From contig CALREA010000002.1 in the NCBI GenBank assembly GCA_943355055.1, positions 1,078-65,077 of the forward strand: a stretch of DNA of 64,000 nt, given 5' to 3'. The translations under genes were made by a program, and so were the position numbers. How positions within the stretch are numbered: position 1 is the first letter of the stretch; the number at the start of each line of letters is the position of its first letter. The notes under the pieces were generated by a model that was given only the letters and a program-made list of their open reading frames with translations, did not search any database and was not told the DNA's origin. Source of the DNA: Candidatus Peribacteria bacterium (GTDB lineage: Bacteria > Patescibacteriota > Gracilibacteria > UBA1369 > UBA12463). Shown piece after piece: positions 44,614 to 54,216 of this stretch.

Positions 44614-45507
44614 ATGGAAAAACATATTCAAGATTTGCATTTTAGATTCCGGATGTATGGAAAAAATGCCCGCGAATGGACACGCAAGTGCGCCCTGCTG
44701 CTTCCGGAGATTGTTCGCGAGCGAGTATGGGAGAAAAAGGGATTTGATTCGGTGTATATGTATGCTCGTGTGCTGGCGGGTATGGGGAATAACGCCGTTA
44801 ATGATGCTCTGCGCATTTTGCATAGCATAGAAAACATGCCAGCGTTACAAAAAGTTGTTGAGGCGAAAGGTCTCAATGCGGTGAGGCCTGTTGTAGCCAT
44901 TGCTACATCGGAAACGGAATTATTTTGGGCGGGAAAAGCGATGGAAATGAGTAAACATACGCTTGAATTGTATGTTAAAGAGCAACATGATTCCCGTACC
45001 GGTACGGAAAATACCATCGAATTTCCTGAACAAAAAGCCATCACAAAAAAGATAATCGCCCTTGATGTTGATCCGGAAGTCGCATCGGAATTGGAGAAAT
45101 TAAAAGGAAAAGATGGAGATTGGAATACCCTTATGAAAGAACTCCTCGAGATGCGGGAAAAAATGTTGGCTCAAGAAAAACCGGAAGAAAAAGTCACCGA
45201 GTCGAGGCATATCCCAGCTGCTATTGAGAGATATGTCATTGAAAGGGCGAGAGGTACATGCGAGTTGCGAACATGCACAAAAAAGTACGCCATCTTGCAT
45301 CATATCCAACGATTTGCGTTAGAAAAAACGCATGATCCGAGTCGAATCATCGCCTTGTGCAAGCCACATGAACGGATGGTGCATTTGGGACTTATTGAGG
45401 ATGAACATATTCAGCCGAGAGATTGGAGCATCGCAAAAGAGCCAAATAAAAATGATCCGAAGTATGCCATTGATCAGATGGTGCAGAAATATAGGAAACC
45501 AATATAG
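44614..45507 (+). CDS. HNH endonuclease-family protein with N-terminal helical domain (paralog 2)
   Basis: LLPEI..KGF.SVY..LAG N-terminus shared with paralog 1; RHIP..CELRTC..LHHI.RF.L...HDP..LCKPH...H; ATG at 44614 preferred. Confidence 0.85.
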   Translation: MEKHIQDLHFRFRMYGKNAREWTRKCALLLPEIVRERVWEKKGFDSVYMYARVLAGMGNNAVNDALRILHSIENMPALQKVVEAKGLNAVRPVVAIATSETELFWAGKAMEMSKHTLELYVKEQHDSRTGTENTIEFPEQKAITKKIIALDVDPEVASELEKLKGKDGDWNTLMKELLEMREKMLAQEKPEEKVTESRHIPAAIERYVIERARGTCELRTCTKKYAILHHIQRFALEKTHDPSRIIALCKPHERMVHLGLIEDEHIQPRDWSIAKEPNKNDPKYAIDQMVQKYRKPI

Positions 45508-45585
45508 CTACTATCCCCTCACGTGAGATATGATTCTCATAGAGCGACGATATAGCACCTAGAGCTTTCGCTAGTTCCTAAATCC

Positions 45586-47439
45586 CTATGACAAATACGG
45601 TGAGTCGAAATCCAGAATGATATCCGGCATTTTCTTGATCGTGTCGATGTCTTCGACTGATTCTGCGCCACGGATAATTAAATAGTGCTTCGCGATGTGC
45701 CCCATCATCTTCACGGCGTGTTGGATCTTGAGATGAGGACGCGTGCTTGCGAGATATTGCATCGTTTGGTCGAGCGTTTCTTTGATGCGATCTTTCTTGA
45801 AACTGGTGAGGAAGATAATGCGGCTCCATGGCGGATAGTTGAATATTTTGCGGCTGGCCAGTTCGCCGTCGTACCACTCTTGGAGCGTGTTATTGGCGTA
45901 TGATTTGAGAAGGGGAGTTTCGGGGAGGTAACTCTGAATAATGAAGAGTCCCCGGGCCTTGAGATGCGTGTGCATTTCCTGGAGTTGGTGAAGGGTTTTT
46001 TCAGCGGATTGAAAGTTGGGAATAATAAGCGAGGTATCGATATTGAGGGCGCACACCACGGGAACTTGTGGCACTGGGGCGAGACTGTAGAGGAGCTGAG
46101 AGGTAATTAAGATATCAATTTTTTTATCAGAAAAATCTTTGAGAATTTTCTTCTGTTCTTTTGGCGTCGTAAAAGTATCCGAGGAGTACCGCATGATGTT
46201 TGCTTCGGGTAGCGCTTTTTGCAGAACGGATTCAATTTTTTCCTGTCCGGTTCCTACCGCTTTCAGGTCTAGCCCACCGCACTTAGGGCAGGCGATGAGC
46301 ATATCTCTGGCTCGGTCCCCGGCAATGCACTGGAGGATATCATGGCCACTGCGCTGTTGCTTCACGACCAGATTTCTTTCACAGACGTCGCATTTCGGGA
46401 TGTATCCGCAGTCTTTGCAGAGGAGACAGTTTGCACTTCCTTTTTTATTGAGAAAAAGAATTGCTTGGGATTCGTGATGCATGGTTGCCTGAAGTACCTC
46501 GAGGAGGTCTTCGCTAACAGGAGAGTAATTGTGTTTTTTGCGCTCATCTCGCATGTCGACCCACTTGATTGAGGTGTCCGCTCGTCGTTGCGGTGTCGGC
46601 ATGGTGATGTTTTTCTGGACCGCGAATTGATGCCATGCCGCTAGGGAAATAGATGTACTTATGTGGGTGAGATTGGCTCCGGCTTGCTGGGAAATGTATC
46701 CAGCCAGTTCTCTCGTATGAAACTTCGGACGTTGATCTTCTTTGTGGCCGATGTCGTGCTCGTTGATAATGATGATATTTCTCAGATTTCTTACAGGTGC
46801 GTAGAGTGCGCTTCTAGATCCGATAATGATGGAATATTTTTCCTCGAAAATATCTTTCCAGATGATCGCCTTTTTCTTTGGAGTTGTTGCTTTCGACAGA
46901 TTAATCGTATTGAATTCTTTCTCAATTTCCTTAATCCAAAACGGTTCGATGCTAATGGCTGGAGTGACAATTATCGTCTGTCCTGTCGCATGTTTTTGAA
47001 GTTGTGCCTTCAGTGAAAGAAGAATCGTTTCGCGATCCTGCGCGAGGAGGTATGTCGTTGTACTTTTTTCTTTTTTCTGTTTTGTATCTTTTTTTTTGCT
47101 ATCCTCTAATATAATTTTCTCTTCTACTATTTGCTCCGGAATCATTTGCCTCGCAATTTTCCACTGTGGGGCGAGATATTCCTGTGAAAGCCAATTGAGC
47201 GTATCCATTTGCCAGTCGTTCAAAATGCACGGATGGACGATCCGAGTAATTGGTTTGATTTTTCCTTTTGTAATTCCAACATCGGTTTTCTCTAGGAAGA
47301 TGCCCTTGATGGTATTGTTCCTCAGGGGAGCCTCAACGAGTGCGCCCACCTCAATATTTTCCATTTCTTGAGGAATATCGTAGGTAAGTGTGTCGGTGTT
47401 CAGACCGGTCTTTTGGAAGAGGAGTACGCGTGCAAACAT
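45586..47439 (-). CDS. priA: Primosomal protein N' with degenerate helicase motifs
   Basis: LTY..P..G..V..P.R, IIG.RSA, VDMR, FLN..G and C..C....C..C..C..C zinc region, YPP; Walker A GKT is absent. Confidence 0.88.
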   Translation of the reverse strand: MFARVLLFQKTGLNTDTLTYDIPQEMENIEVGALVEAPLRNNTIKGIFLEKTDVGITKGKIKPITRIVHPCILNDWQMDTLNWLSQEYLAPQWKIARQMIPEQIVEEKIILEDSKKKDTKQKKEKSTTTYLLAQDRETILLSLKAQLQKHATGQTIIVTPAISIEPFWIKEIEKEFNTINLSKATTPKKKAIIWKDIFEEKYSIIIGSRSALYAPVRNLRNIIIINEHDIGHKEDQRPKFHTRELAGYISQQAGANLTHISTSISLAAWHQFAVQKNITMPTPQRRADTSIKWVDMRDERKKHNYSPVSEDLLEVLQATMHHESQAILFLNKKGSANCLLCKDCGYIPKCDVCERNLVVKQQRSGHDILQCIAGDRARDMLIACPKCGGLDLKAVGTGQEKIESVLQKALPEANIMRYSSDTFTTPKEQKKILKDFSDKKIDILITSQLLYSLAPVPQVPVVCALNIDTSLIIPNFQSAEKTLHQLQEMHTHLKARGLFIIQSYLPETPLLKSYANNTLQEWYDGELASRKIFNYPPWSRIIFLTSFKKDRIKETLDQTMQYLASTRPHLKIQHAVKMMGHIAKHYLIIRGAESVEDIDTIKKMPDIILDFDSPYLS

Positions 47440-47526
47440 GTCTGAATTGTAACGTAACATGCCCTTTTTCTTTCTATTGACATCGCTATCTATCATGGTA
47501 AAATCATATCCTTTCTTATACTTTTT

Positions 47527-47958
47527 ATGACCATGATCGCTTCTCAGCTTTGTAAATACTATCTTGACGGCAATGATGAAGCTGCATTTGAGGTACTGGA
47601 GCATGCCGGACCGGATAGCCTGAGGCAGTTTCTTGGTTTTAGTGGCACGGCACAGGAGTGGATACAGCTTTATGAAACTCTTTTGAATGAATATGGCTTT
47701 TTGGAAAAACTTTGTCGTAAATATCAGCCTTTTATGTCTGAATTAATTTTCGAGAGGGGAGTTGGAACGTTTCGTGAGATATTTCAGATTGAGGATCGTG
47801 CGTTTGATTCCGTGGTTGCTCGCGTATGGGAATCACTTCTGGATGCTCGTCTGGAGGTAACTATGAAGGGAGTATATAGCGGTCGTAGAAAAACTCATTT
47901 TGGAACTTTTTTTGTTGGGCTGAGAAGTATCCTTCGCGGAGAGTTAGGAGAAATCTAG
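47527..47958 (+). CDS. Hypothetical protein, 143 aa
   Basis: ORF fills the gap between priA and the DMT gene; no motif recognised. Confidence 0.55.
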   Translation: MTMIASQLCKYYLDGNDEAAFEVLEHAGPDSLRQFLGFSGTAQEWIQLYETLLNEYGFLEKLCRKYQPFMSELIFERGVGTFREIFQIEDRAFDSVVARVWESLLDARLEVTMKGVYSGRRKTHFGTFFVGLRSILRGELGEI

Positions 47959-47959
47959 T

Positions 47960-48916
47960 CTAATTATTATGTAAATGCTTGAGTTTCATCTTTGTGATGA
48001 TGAGTGTTTTTTGAATCATGTCAAACTTGGTTACGAGGAGTCCGCAAATCATAATAATCATGCTGATGACGTGTACTAGCTCGATTTTCTCACCCAGAAA
48101 GGCGCTTGCGTACGCGACACCGATGAGTGGCGATGAGAGCGTGAAGAGCGCGTTATTCGTCATCGTCGTGTTCTCCAGGGCATAGTAGTGCAGGACGTAG
48201 GTGGCAATAACTCCGATGATCGCGTAGGCCAGCAAGACGTGCAGAATAGGTTGAAGATGTATAATTTCCGAGATATCGTTTCGATAGAAGAAAAATATAA
48301 TTCCCCCGAGAATAAACGTCCCAATCATGGCTCTGTAAGCCACTAAAAGGCTGATATTTGGAGAGTGAACATATTTTTTGAAGATGAGAGTACCCAGAGA
48401 ATAACTCATCGCCGAGAGGATGATGAGGAAGTCGCCATTATTAAGTGTCATACCCTCGGTAAATCCTTTCGTAGAGAGATAGAGCGTTCCTAATGCCATG
48501 AGTGATACCCCCACAATTAATTTCCTTGTGAACTTTTCTTTGAAAATGAGCACGGCCACGACACTGAGAAAAAGAGGATTGAGATTTACGAGAAGGCTAG
48601 TGTTGATCGCACTGGTTAGTTTCAATCCATGGAGAAAGAAGAGTGGTCCCAGTACGCTTGTGAGGATGGCAGAGATCGTGATCGAGAGGAGCTCCGGCTT
48701 TTCCAACTCACGAAGTTTCTGGAAGAAAGGTTTAATGCCGATATAGAAAAAAAGGAGCAACCATGCTGCGGCGATCTCTACAAAGGCGACGATGATGGGC
48801 GTGGCACTTTCGAGAAGTATCTTGCCGAACACCACATCTGTTCGTGCGGTAAATTTCGAGATAATGGATGCCAGTGAGCCCAGCGTGCCAGGGTCTTTGA
48901 GCTTTTCGAGGTTCAT
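47960..48916 (-). CDS. DMT/EamA-family transporter
   Basis: About ten TMs with repeated P......A..F..EK motifs; GD.LII.SA. Confidence 0.88.
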   Translation of the reverse strand: MNLEKLKDPGTLGSLASIISKFTARTDVVFGKILLESATPIIVAFVEIAAAWLLLFFYIGIKPFFQKLRELEKPELLSITISAILTSVLGPLFFLHGLKLTSAINTSLLVNLNPLFLSVVAVLIFKEKFTRKLIVGVSLMALGTLYLSTKGFTEGMTLNNGDFLIILSAMSYSLGTLIFKKYVHSPNISLLVAYRAMIGTFILGGIIFFFYRNDISEIIHLQPILHVLLAYAIIGVIATYVLHYYALENTTMTNNALFTLSSPLIGVAYASAFLGEKIELVHVISMIIMICGLLVTKFDMIQKTLIITKMKLKHLHNN

Positions 48917-48950
48917 GGGGATTTATGAATTTTTGTTTTGGCTTTGGTTC

Positions 48951-48995
48951 ATTATAGCATAAATAATGGCTTTTTGGAAGCAATTGTGTTATAAT
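48951..48995. promoter_or_regulatory. Back-to-back extended -10 promoters
   Basis: TGCTATAAT on minus (48959-48951) and TGTTATAAT on plus (48987-48995) between divergent genes. Confidence 0.55.
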
Positions 48996-49032
48996 CGGTA
49001 TATTAAGTGCGTAATGCTTCTTAAGAAAAAAA

Positions 49033-50742
49033 ATGAAAAAAATAGCATGGCAGCTATCTATTGTTGGAATAACTCTATTCGCTCTCGTGCTTGTGTCTGT
49101 GAATCTTAATCCTTCTTATTTTAAGGGAAATTTTTCTTTCAACGATCTTACAAGTTACCAAAAACAAAAATATTGGCAGTACATGCAAAGCTGTCAGCCC
49201 ATGCTCGTGAATAAGCAATATTCGCAGTATCGAACGTGTGCCTTAGATGCCTTGAAAAAGGCGAATGAGGTGCAGGAGACATTATCTTTCTGTAATGACC
49301 CCGATGGCGTTAATTACTTCAAGAAAGGAAAAGTTACTTCCGACCTGTATCCCAATGGCATTGAAGATTACGCTTATACTTTTTCGAATAGCAAAACCTA
49401 CCTTATGGAAGGCGGTTGTTCATCAGATAAGAAGTACGTAGTGTATCAAAAAAACTGTAAGGAGTTTGGTCAAAACTACAATGCTGTTGATGGTGCATGT
49501 TCAGATCAGCTTATACAATTTCCATTACAGGTAGAAAGTGATCAGGGTACGACGAAGGATATTCATCTTGTATTGGGTCAGACATATGCTTTATCTAAAA
49601 ATAATTTCATACGACTCGATAATCTTGATTATGCCGACAAGCCGGTTCTTACCTTGTGGAATCAGGATGAAAAAGGTTGCCGACTCGTAGATCAGTGGAT
49701 CCACGCTAATATTTCAAATGGGAAATATGCCTATTTCCTTGATCAATTTATGGAGATTACAAAAAAGGACAGTGTAAGTATAGATGCTAAACTTTATTCA
49801 GGTAATAAAGCCCATGAAGCATGTAACGCATCTTCTATCGCCCAAAAAGTTCGATGTCTTGCATTTCCAAAATTAGGTCGTTTCAAGATTGAGTCTGCAC
49901 ATTTTTCCCGACTATTTGAGAATAAAAATGAGTACGCTTATAACAATCTTATGTTGAATTATCTTGAATTTGGATTTAATAAACTGCAGTCCATATTCCC
50001 CGCACTTAAAAATGTAAAACCGTATGGAGATCATTGGAAATTTTCATTTATCGCGTCTAAGTTGGCGGCTCATAGTGCTCATGGAGAAACCGATTCTGCG
50101 GTTATGATTAATATGGGAAAAGAAAATGATGCCATTGAGCAAAAGATTATCGATAGCGAATCAGTGTTATTGTCTTATGCTAATCAATTGCTTGCTGGCA
50201 ATTTACCTGCTTTTGATTTTAGCGCAGAATTGCATGAATTTACCCATATTTTTTTGCATCCTACGGCACTTCTCAGTTTTCCGATAGATGATTCTGATAA
50301 ACTTTCCGAGGGGATTGCTATGTATGTTGAATCGGTCGGGAAATATGCACCCAGCGGCAAGGATCCTTTGGATAATATTTGGTGCGGGAAGAGTTCATTT
50401 AATATGATCGGCTTTCCTGATCTTGACGGTTTAAGTTATGCTGATGCGTTTTTGACTGGCAAGGGATATTACAACGCCGGACATTGTTTTTTCAAGAGAG
50501 TTCAGGATACGTGTGGAATTTCATCTATAGATCAGATGTTTAAAATCGAGTTAGAGCGACAGTATCATCCATTTGATCTTTACCCAAATATTCTTACTAC
50601 CCTCAAAAATGCTTGTTCAGAGCCAAGTAAATTTAATGAGATTATGGATGATTTTGGTATGAATAAAAATCTTCTTGGTAAGAAGAATATATTGCCGATG
50701 TTACCATCTGGGATTCTTATTCAAGGACCTGCTTGTAAATAG
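49033..50742 (+). CDS. Secreted Cys-rich protein with a putative gluzincin metallopeptidase domain
   Basis: Signal/anchor peptide; many paired Cys; HEFTH followed about 19 aa later by SEGIA.Y. Confidence 0.7.
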   Translation: MKKIAWQLSIVGITLFALVLVSVNLNPSYFKGNFSFNDLTSYQKQKYWQYMQSCQPMLVNKQYSQYRTCALDALKKANEVQETLSFCNDPDGVNYFKKGKVTSDLYPNGIEDYAYTFSNSKTYLMEGGCSSDKKYVVYQKNCKEFGQNYNAVDGACSDQLIQFPLQVESDQGTTKDIHLVLGQTYALSKNNFIRLDNLDYADKPVLTLWNQDEKGCRLVDQWIHANISNGKYAYFLDQFMEITKKDSVSIDAKLYSGNKAHEACNASSIAQKVRCLAFPKLGRFKIESAHFSRLFENKNEYAYNNLMLNYLEFGFNKLQSIFPALKNVKPYGDHWKFSFIASKLAAHSAHGETDSAVMINMGKENDAIEQKIIDSESVLLSYANQLLAGNLPAFDFSAELHEFTHIFLHPTALLSFPIDDSDKLSEGIAMYVESVGKYAPSGKDPLDNIWCGKSSFNMIGFPDLDGLSYADAFLTGKGYYNAGHCFFKRVQDTCGISSIDQMFKIELERQYHPFDLYPNILTTLKNACSEPSKFNEIMDDFGMNKNLLGKKNILPMLPSGILIQGPACK

Positions 50743-50780
50743 AAGAATCGACTTAAGAATTTGGAATGAAATTGAAATCC

Positions 50781-50795
50781 GACACCTGCGGTGTC
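50781..50795 (-). terminator. Hairpin just downstream of the tRNA
   Basis: gacacc-gca-ggtgtc on the minus strand; weak U-tract. Confidence 0.45.
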
Positions 50796-50797
50796 TG

Positions 50798-50873
50798 TGG
50801 TGCACCAGGAGGGATTCGAACCCCCGACCCTTTGTTCCGAAGACAAATGCTCTATCCCCTGAGCTACTGGTGC
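50798..50873 (-). tRNA. tRNA-Arg (anticodon UCG), CCA encoded
   Basis: GCACCAG acceptor stem, TAGCTCAGGGGATAGAGC D arm, TTTGT-CTTCGGA-ACAAA anticodon arm, GGTTCGAATCC T arm, 3' ACCA. Confidence 0.96.
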
Positions 50874-50938
50874 ATGTGGATGATTAGGACGCGCTTATTA
50901 TACTCACTTTTTGTCGTTTTGGTAGGGGATTCTTATGC

Positions 50939-50975
50939 AAAAATGGAGTGATCCCGTATGTGAGGTCACTCCATT
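50939..50975 (-). terminator. Intrinsic terminator after secDF
   Basis: aatggagtga...tcactccatt 10-bp stem followed by a T-run on the minus strand. Confidence 0.8.
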
Positions 50976-51011
50976 GATATTTTAGCTTTGTTTGCCCTTC
51001 TGGTGCCTCAA

Positions 51012-54000
51012 TTAGGACTGAGACTTTTTCTGCCACCAGACGAGGAGAGCAGAGGCGACACCGATCGATGAGTAGGTACCGATGACGATACCGACGAAGA
51101 GGGCGAGGATGAAGTAGAAGATTGATTCGCTTCCGAAGATCAAGAGAGCGCTCAAGGTGATCAATGTAGAGAGAGAAGTGTTGATTGATCGGGCCATTGT
51201 CTCCGTGAGAGATCGGTTGGAAATCTCTGCGAGTGTGCCTTTTTCTCCTCGGTTGAGGTGCTCTCGCAGTCTATCGAAGACAACGATTGTGTCATGGACG
51301 GAAAAGCCGAGGACGGTCAACATGGCGGTAATGAACAGCGCGTCAATTTCTACTCCGAAGAAGTGTCCGAGGAAGACGAAGAGACCGAATGTGATGAACA
51401 AATCGTGCAACAGGGCGACGACGGCACAGATACCAAATCTCCATGAGCTTACTTCCTTTGGAACCTTTCGGAAGGAGAATGCGAGATAGAGGATAATCAT
51501 GAACGAGGCGAGGAAGATGGCGAAGAGTGCCTTTTGTCTCATGGAGTCACCGATAGTTGGACCGACGGAGACATAACTTAACTCTTCGATTGTGCCAAAC
51601 TTATTTTTTAAACCATTAATGAAAACGTCATGCTGAGCGTTCGTAAGATTTTTTGTCTTGAGTTCAAATACATTTCCTTCCTTCGAGATAACCTGAGCAG
51701 TCGCGAGGTCGATTTTTTCTCCTATTGCCGAAGTAACTACCGTAGTATCCATTACCGATGCTGAGGTAGCCCCATTGGTAGCAGCTGCGGTTACTGGCTT
51801 CATTGATGTGCCATTAATTTGTTGCTGAATGATTGGGAGTTCGGCCTTGATCGCTTCGACAGTTACAGTCTTGTCAAGTTTCACTGTCATCAATGTTCCT
51901 CCGGTAAAGTCGAGACCAAGTCTGACTCCGAATACTACCGTGCCAATAAGGCTAATGGCTATGAGCGTACCTGAGAAGATAAACATGTATTTCGACTTCT
52001 CGATGATTTTGTATGGTGTCTTGTTTCGGTTGCGTACGCCATAGAGGCTCAGGTTCTGTCCAATCTTCGTCTTGGCAGTTGCTCGGAGGAAGGTACGAGT
52101 CAGGGTGATGGCCGAGAACATGGAAATCAAAATACCCGCGGCAAGATTGAGAGCGAATCCTCGAATCATCGAGCTACCGAAGTAGAAAAGAACGACACAC
52201 GTAATAAGTGATGAGAAGTTTGAATCTCGGATAGAGCTCCAAGCACGTTCGAATCCGTTTTCGATGGCCGCAGAAAGTGTATGTCCGTCACCAAGCTCTT
52301 CCTTGACACGCTCAAAGATCAAAATGTTGGCATCAACAGCCATTCCGATTGAGAGAATAACACCAGCGACACCGGCGAGCGTAAGTGTAATAGGGGACTG
52401 GAGAAGTGATGTAAGGAAGATGAGCACTACTACCGCAAGGAGGAAGGAGAGAAGTTTTTCCCATCCTGGGTCTTTGTTGTTGAGAATTTTGTACGTCAGT
52501 ATGCCGAATATAATCAATGAGATAAGCAGTGCGGCAGCAATTGGTAGGGCGCTCTTGATGAGGAAGAGGAGAAGAATCGTGTAGATAGAAAGTGCTACTA
52601 CGGCGATTAAACCAGGGAGACGGTAGTAGAGGATCATAGCAATCGCGAGAAGCAGAAGGCCGATGATACCTGCCTTCATGCTTTTCTGAAGTGCATCTGC
52701 GCCGAGCGTTGAGCCGATAGTGTGCTGTCCTACGAGCGTGATTGGAGCTGGGATAGCACCCGTGTTGAGATCTCTTGCGAGCGTCTTGGCCTGATCAAAA
52801 GTGAATGAGCCGGAGATCTGCGCTGTACCGCCTGAGATTTTTTCATTTACGTTTGGGGCGGAAATCAGCGTGCCTCCTACGAAGATGGCTATTGGCTTCT
52901 GAATGTTACGTGCCGTGATATCTTCGAAAAGTTTTGCACCCTTTTCGTTGAAGTTGATAGAGACGTATGGTTCTCCGATTGGATTTACCTGGACGTCAGC
53001 TCGAACGAACTGTTCTCCCGTGAGTCCTGTTTCTTTCCATGGATCAGGCATGAGTGAGATGAAGATCTTTTCAAGTTTTACTTGGTCTTCTTTGACATCA
53101 CTTTTTACATCAATGGCACGGATAACGTGATATCCGAATGCTGATTTCGTCGGTTCACTCATTTCGCCTGCAGTATTGAGCTTGAGCGCTGCATCCTTGA
53201 ACTCTTGAACATACGAGGCGGATTCAGTTACCGGGGCATCGAGCTTTCCTCCGTTTACTTTTGATCCTGCGTCGTCAGATTGTTCTTTGGCGATTTTCTC
53301 GAAGTCTGCCTGTGTTTTGATTTTTGATTTCAAATCGCTGGCGAGTTTTTTTGCTTCTTCTTCTGTTCGAGTAATATCTTTGAGACCGTTTTTGTCCGCT
53401 GCTTCTTTGTAGCTAATGAGAATATGCTCTACGTTTAGCTCTTTTTTATTCTTTACGGCTTGTCCTTTTTCAACCAATTTTACTATATATGCGCCATTGG
53501 ATTTCTGTAATTGACCGGAAGAATCATATACATACTCGTCGTTAACCATGACGAGATCTTTGTTGATTTCATTTGACTTCATTTTCGCAACGGCATCTTT
53601 CACAGTTGCCGGAAGGTCTGAGACAAAAGAGAAATCAGTGTTTTTTGTATATACGGCTTTTCCCGGATTTAATTTTTCTTCTTCTTGTCCGATGATTTCA
53701 AAATTTGCGTTCGTTGCTGTTACTTTTCCTAATACTTCCTTGGCATACTGTGTTTGTTTTTCTTTTTCAGCTGGATCCGGAGCGTCTTTTTTCTCTTTGA
53801 ATTCTAACTGAATAGTCTTTCCTACCGTGTTTTTTGCCTCTTCGAGATCCTTTATAGCGGCGAGCTCTACAATGATGTGTTGCTCGTTTCCGAATTTTGA
53901 CAAGTAGATGCTTGGTTCTGAAACACCAAGGCTGTTTACACGTTTTTCAATTACTCCCTGTACGCCATTGACGATAGCTGCTTGATCCGCTAACGGTACC

Positions 54001-54194
54001 TTTCTGAGGTCAATTTTGTAATCAAGCTGAGATCCTCCTTGGAGGTCGAGACCTAGTGGAATTTTTTGATCCTGAATTGCCTTTGGTGTCCAAGGAAAAA
54101 TCTTTGTTTGGATCGTGTTAGGGAGATCAAAAAAACCGAGAAGTACGGCAACAACGAGCGTAACAACGAGCTGCCAAGAGAGTATTTTTTTCAT
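51012..54194 (-). CDS. secDF: SecD-SecF fusion with an inserted parvulin-type PPIase domain
   Basis: LGLDLQGG, RVN.LGVSEP, GMAVDANILIFER, GLDFTGG and G.SVHDTIVVFDR.RE motifs; insert HILI..F..IA...SDD..S...GG.L..F...A...S.FGYHVI. Confidence 0.95.
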   Translation of the reverse strand: MKKILSWQLVVTLVVAVLLGFFDLPNTIQTKIFPWTPKAIQDQKIPLGLDLQGGSQLDYKIDLRKVPLADQAAIVNGVQGVIEKRVNSLGVSEPSIYLSKFGNEQHIIVELAAIKDLEEAKNTVGKTIQLEFKEKKDAPDPAEKEKQTQYAKEVLGKVTATNANFEIIGQEEEKLNPGKAVYTKNTDFSFVSDLPATVKDAVAKMKSNEINKDLVMVNDEYVYDSSGQLQKSNGAYIVKLVEKGQAVKNKKELNVEHILISYKEAADKNGLKDITRTEEEAKKLASDLKSKIKTQADFEKIAKEQSDDAGSKVNGGKLDAPVTESASYVQEFKDAALKLNTAGEMSEPTKSAFGYHVIRAIDVKSDVKEDQVKLEKIFISLMPDPWKETGLTGEQFVRADVQVNPIGEPYVSINFNEKGAKLFEDITARNIQKPIAIFVGGTLISAPNVNEKISGGTAQISGSFTFDQAKTLARDLNTGAIPAPITLVGQHTIGSTLGADALQKSMKAGIIGLLLLAIAMILYYRLPGLIAVVALSIYTILLLFLIKSALPIAAALLISLIIFGILTYKILNNKDPGWEKLLSFLLAVVVLIFLTSLLQSPITLTLAGVAGVILSIGMAVDANILIFERVKEELGDGHTLSAAIENGFERAWSSIRDSNFSSLITCVVLFYFGSSMIRGFALNLAAGILISMFSAITLTRTFLRATAKTKIGQNLSLYGVRNRNKTPYKIIEKSKYMFIFSGTLIAISLIGTVVFGVRLGLDFTGGTLMTVKLDKTVTVEAIKAELPIIQQQINGTSMKPVTAAATNGATSASVMDTTVVTSAIGEKIDLATAQVISKEGNVFELKTKNLTNAQHDVFINGLKNKFGTIEELSYVSVGPTIGDSMRQKALFAIFLASFMIILYLAFSFRKVPKEVSSWRFGICAVVALLHDLFITFGLFVFLGHFFGVEIDALFITAMLTVLGFSVHDTIVVFDRLREHLNRGEKGTLAEISNRSLTETMARSINTSLSTLITLSALLIFGSESIFYFILALFVGIVIGTYSSIGVASALLVWWQKKSQS

Positions 54195-54216
54195 ACGAAG
54201 AGATAAAGAATAAGAA

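Noticed and set aside
47960-50873. Genomic island integrated at tRNA-Arg
   Set aside because: No duplicated tRNA 3' end and no integrase were found in the window.
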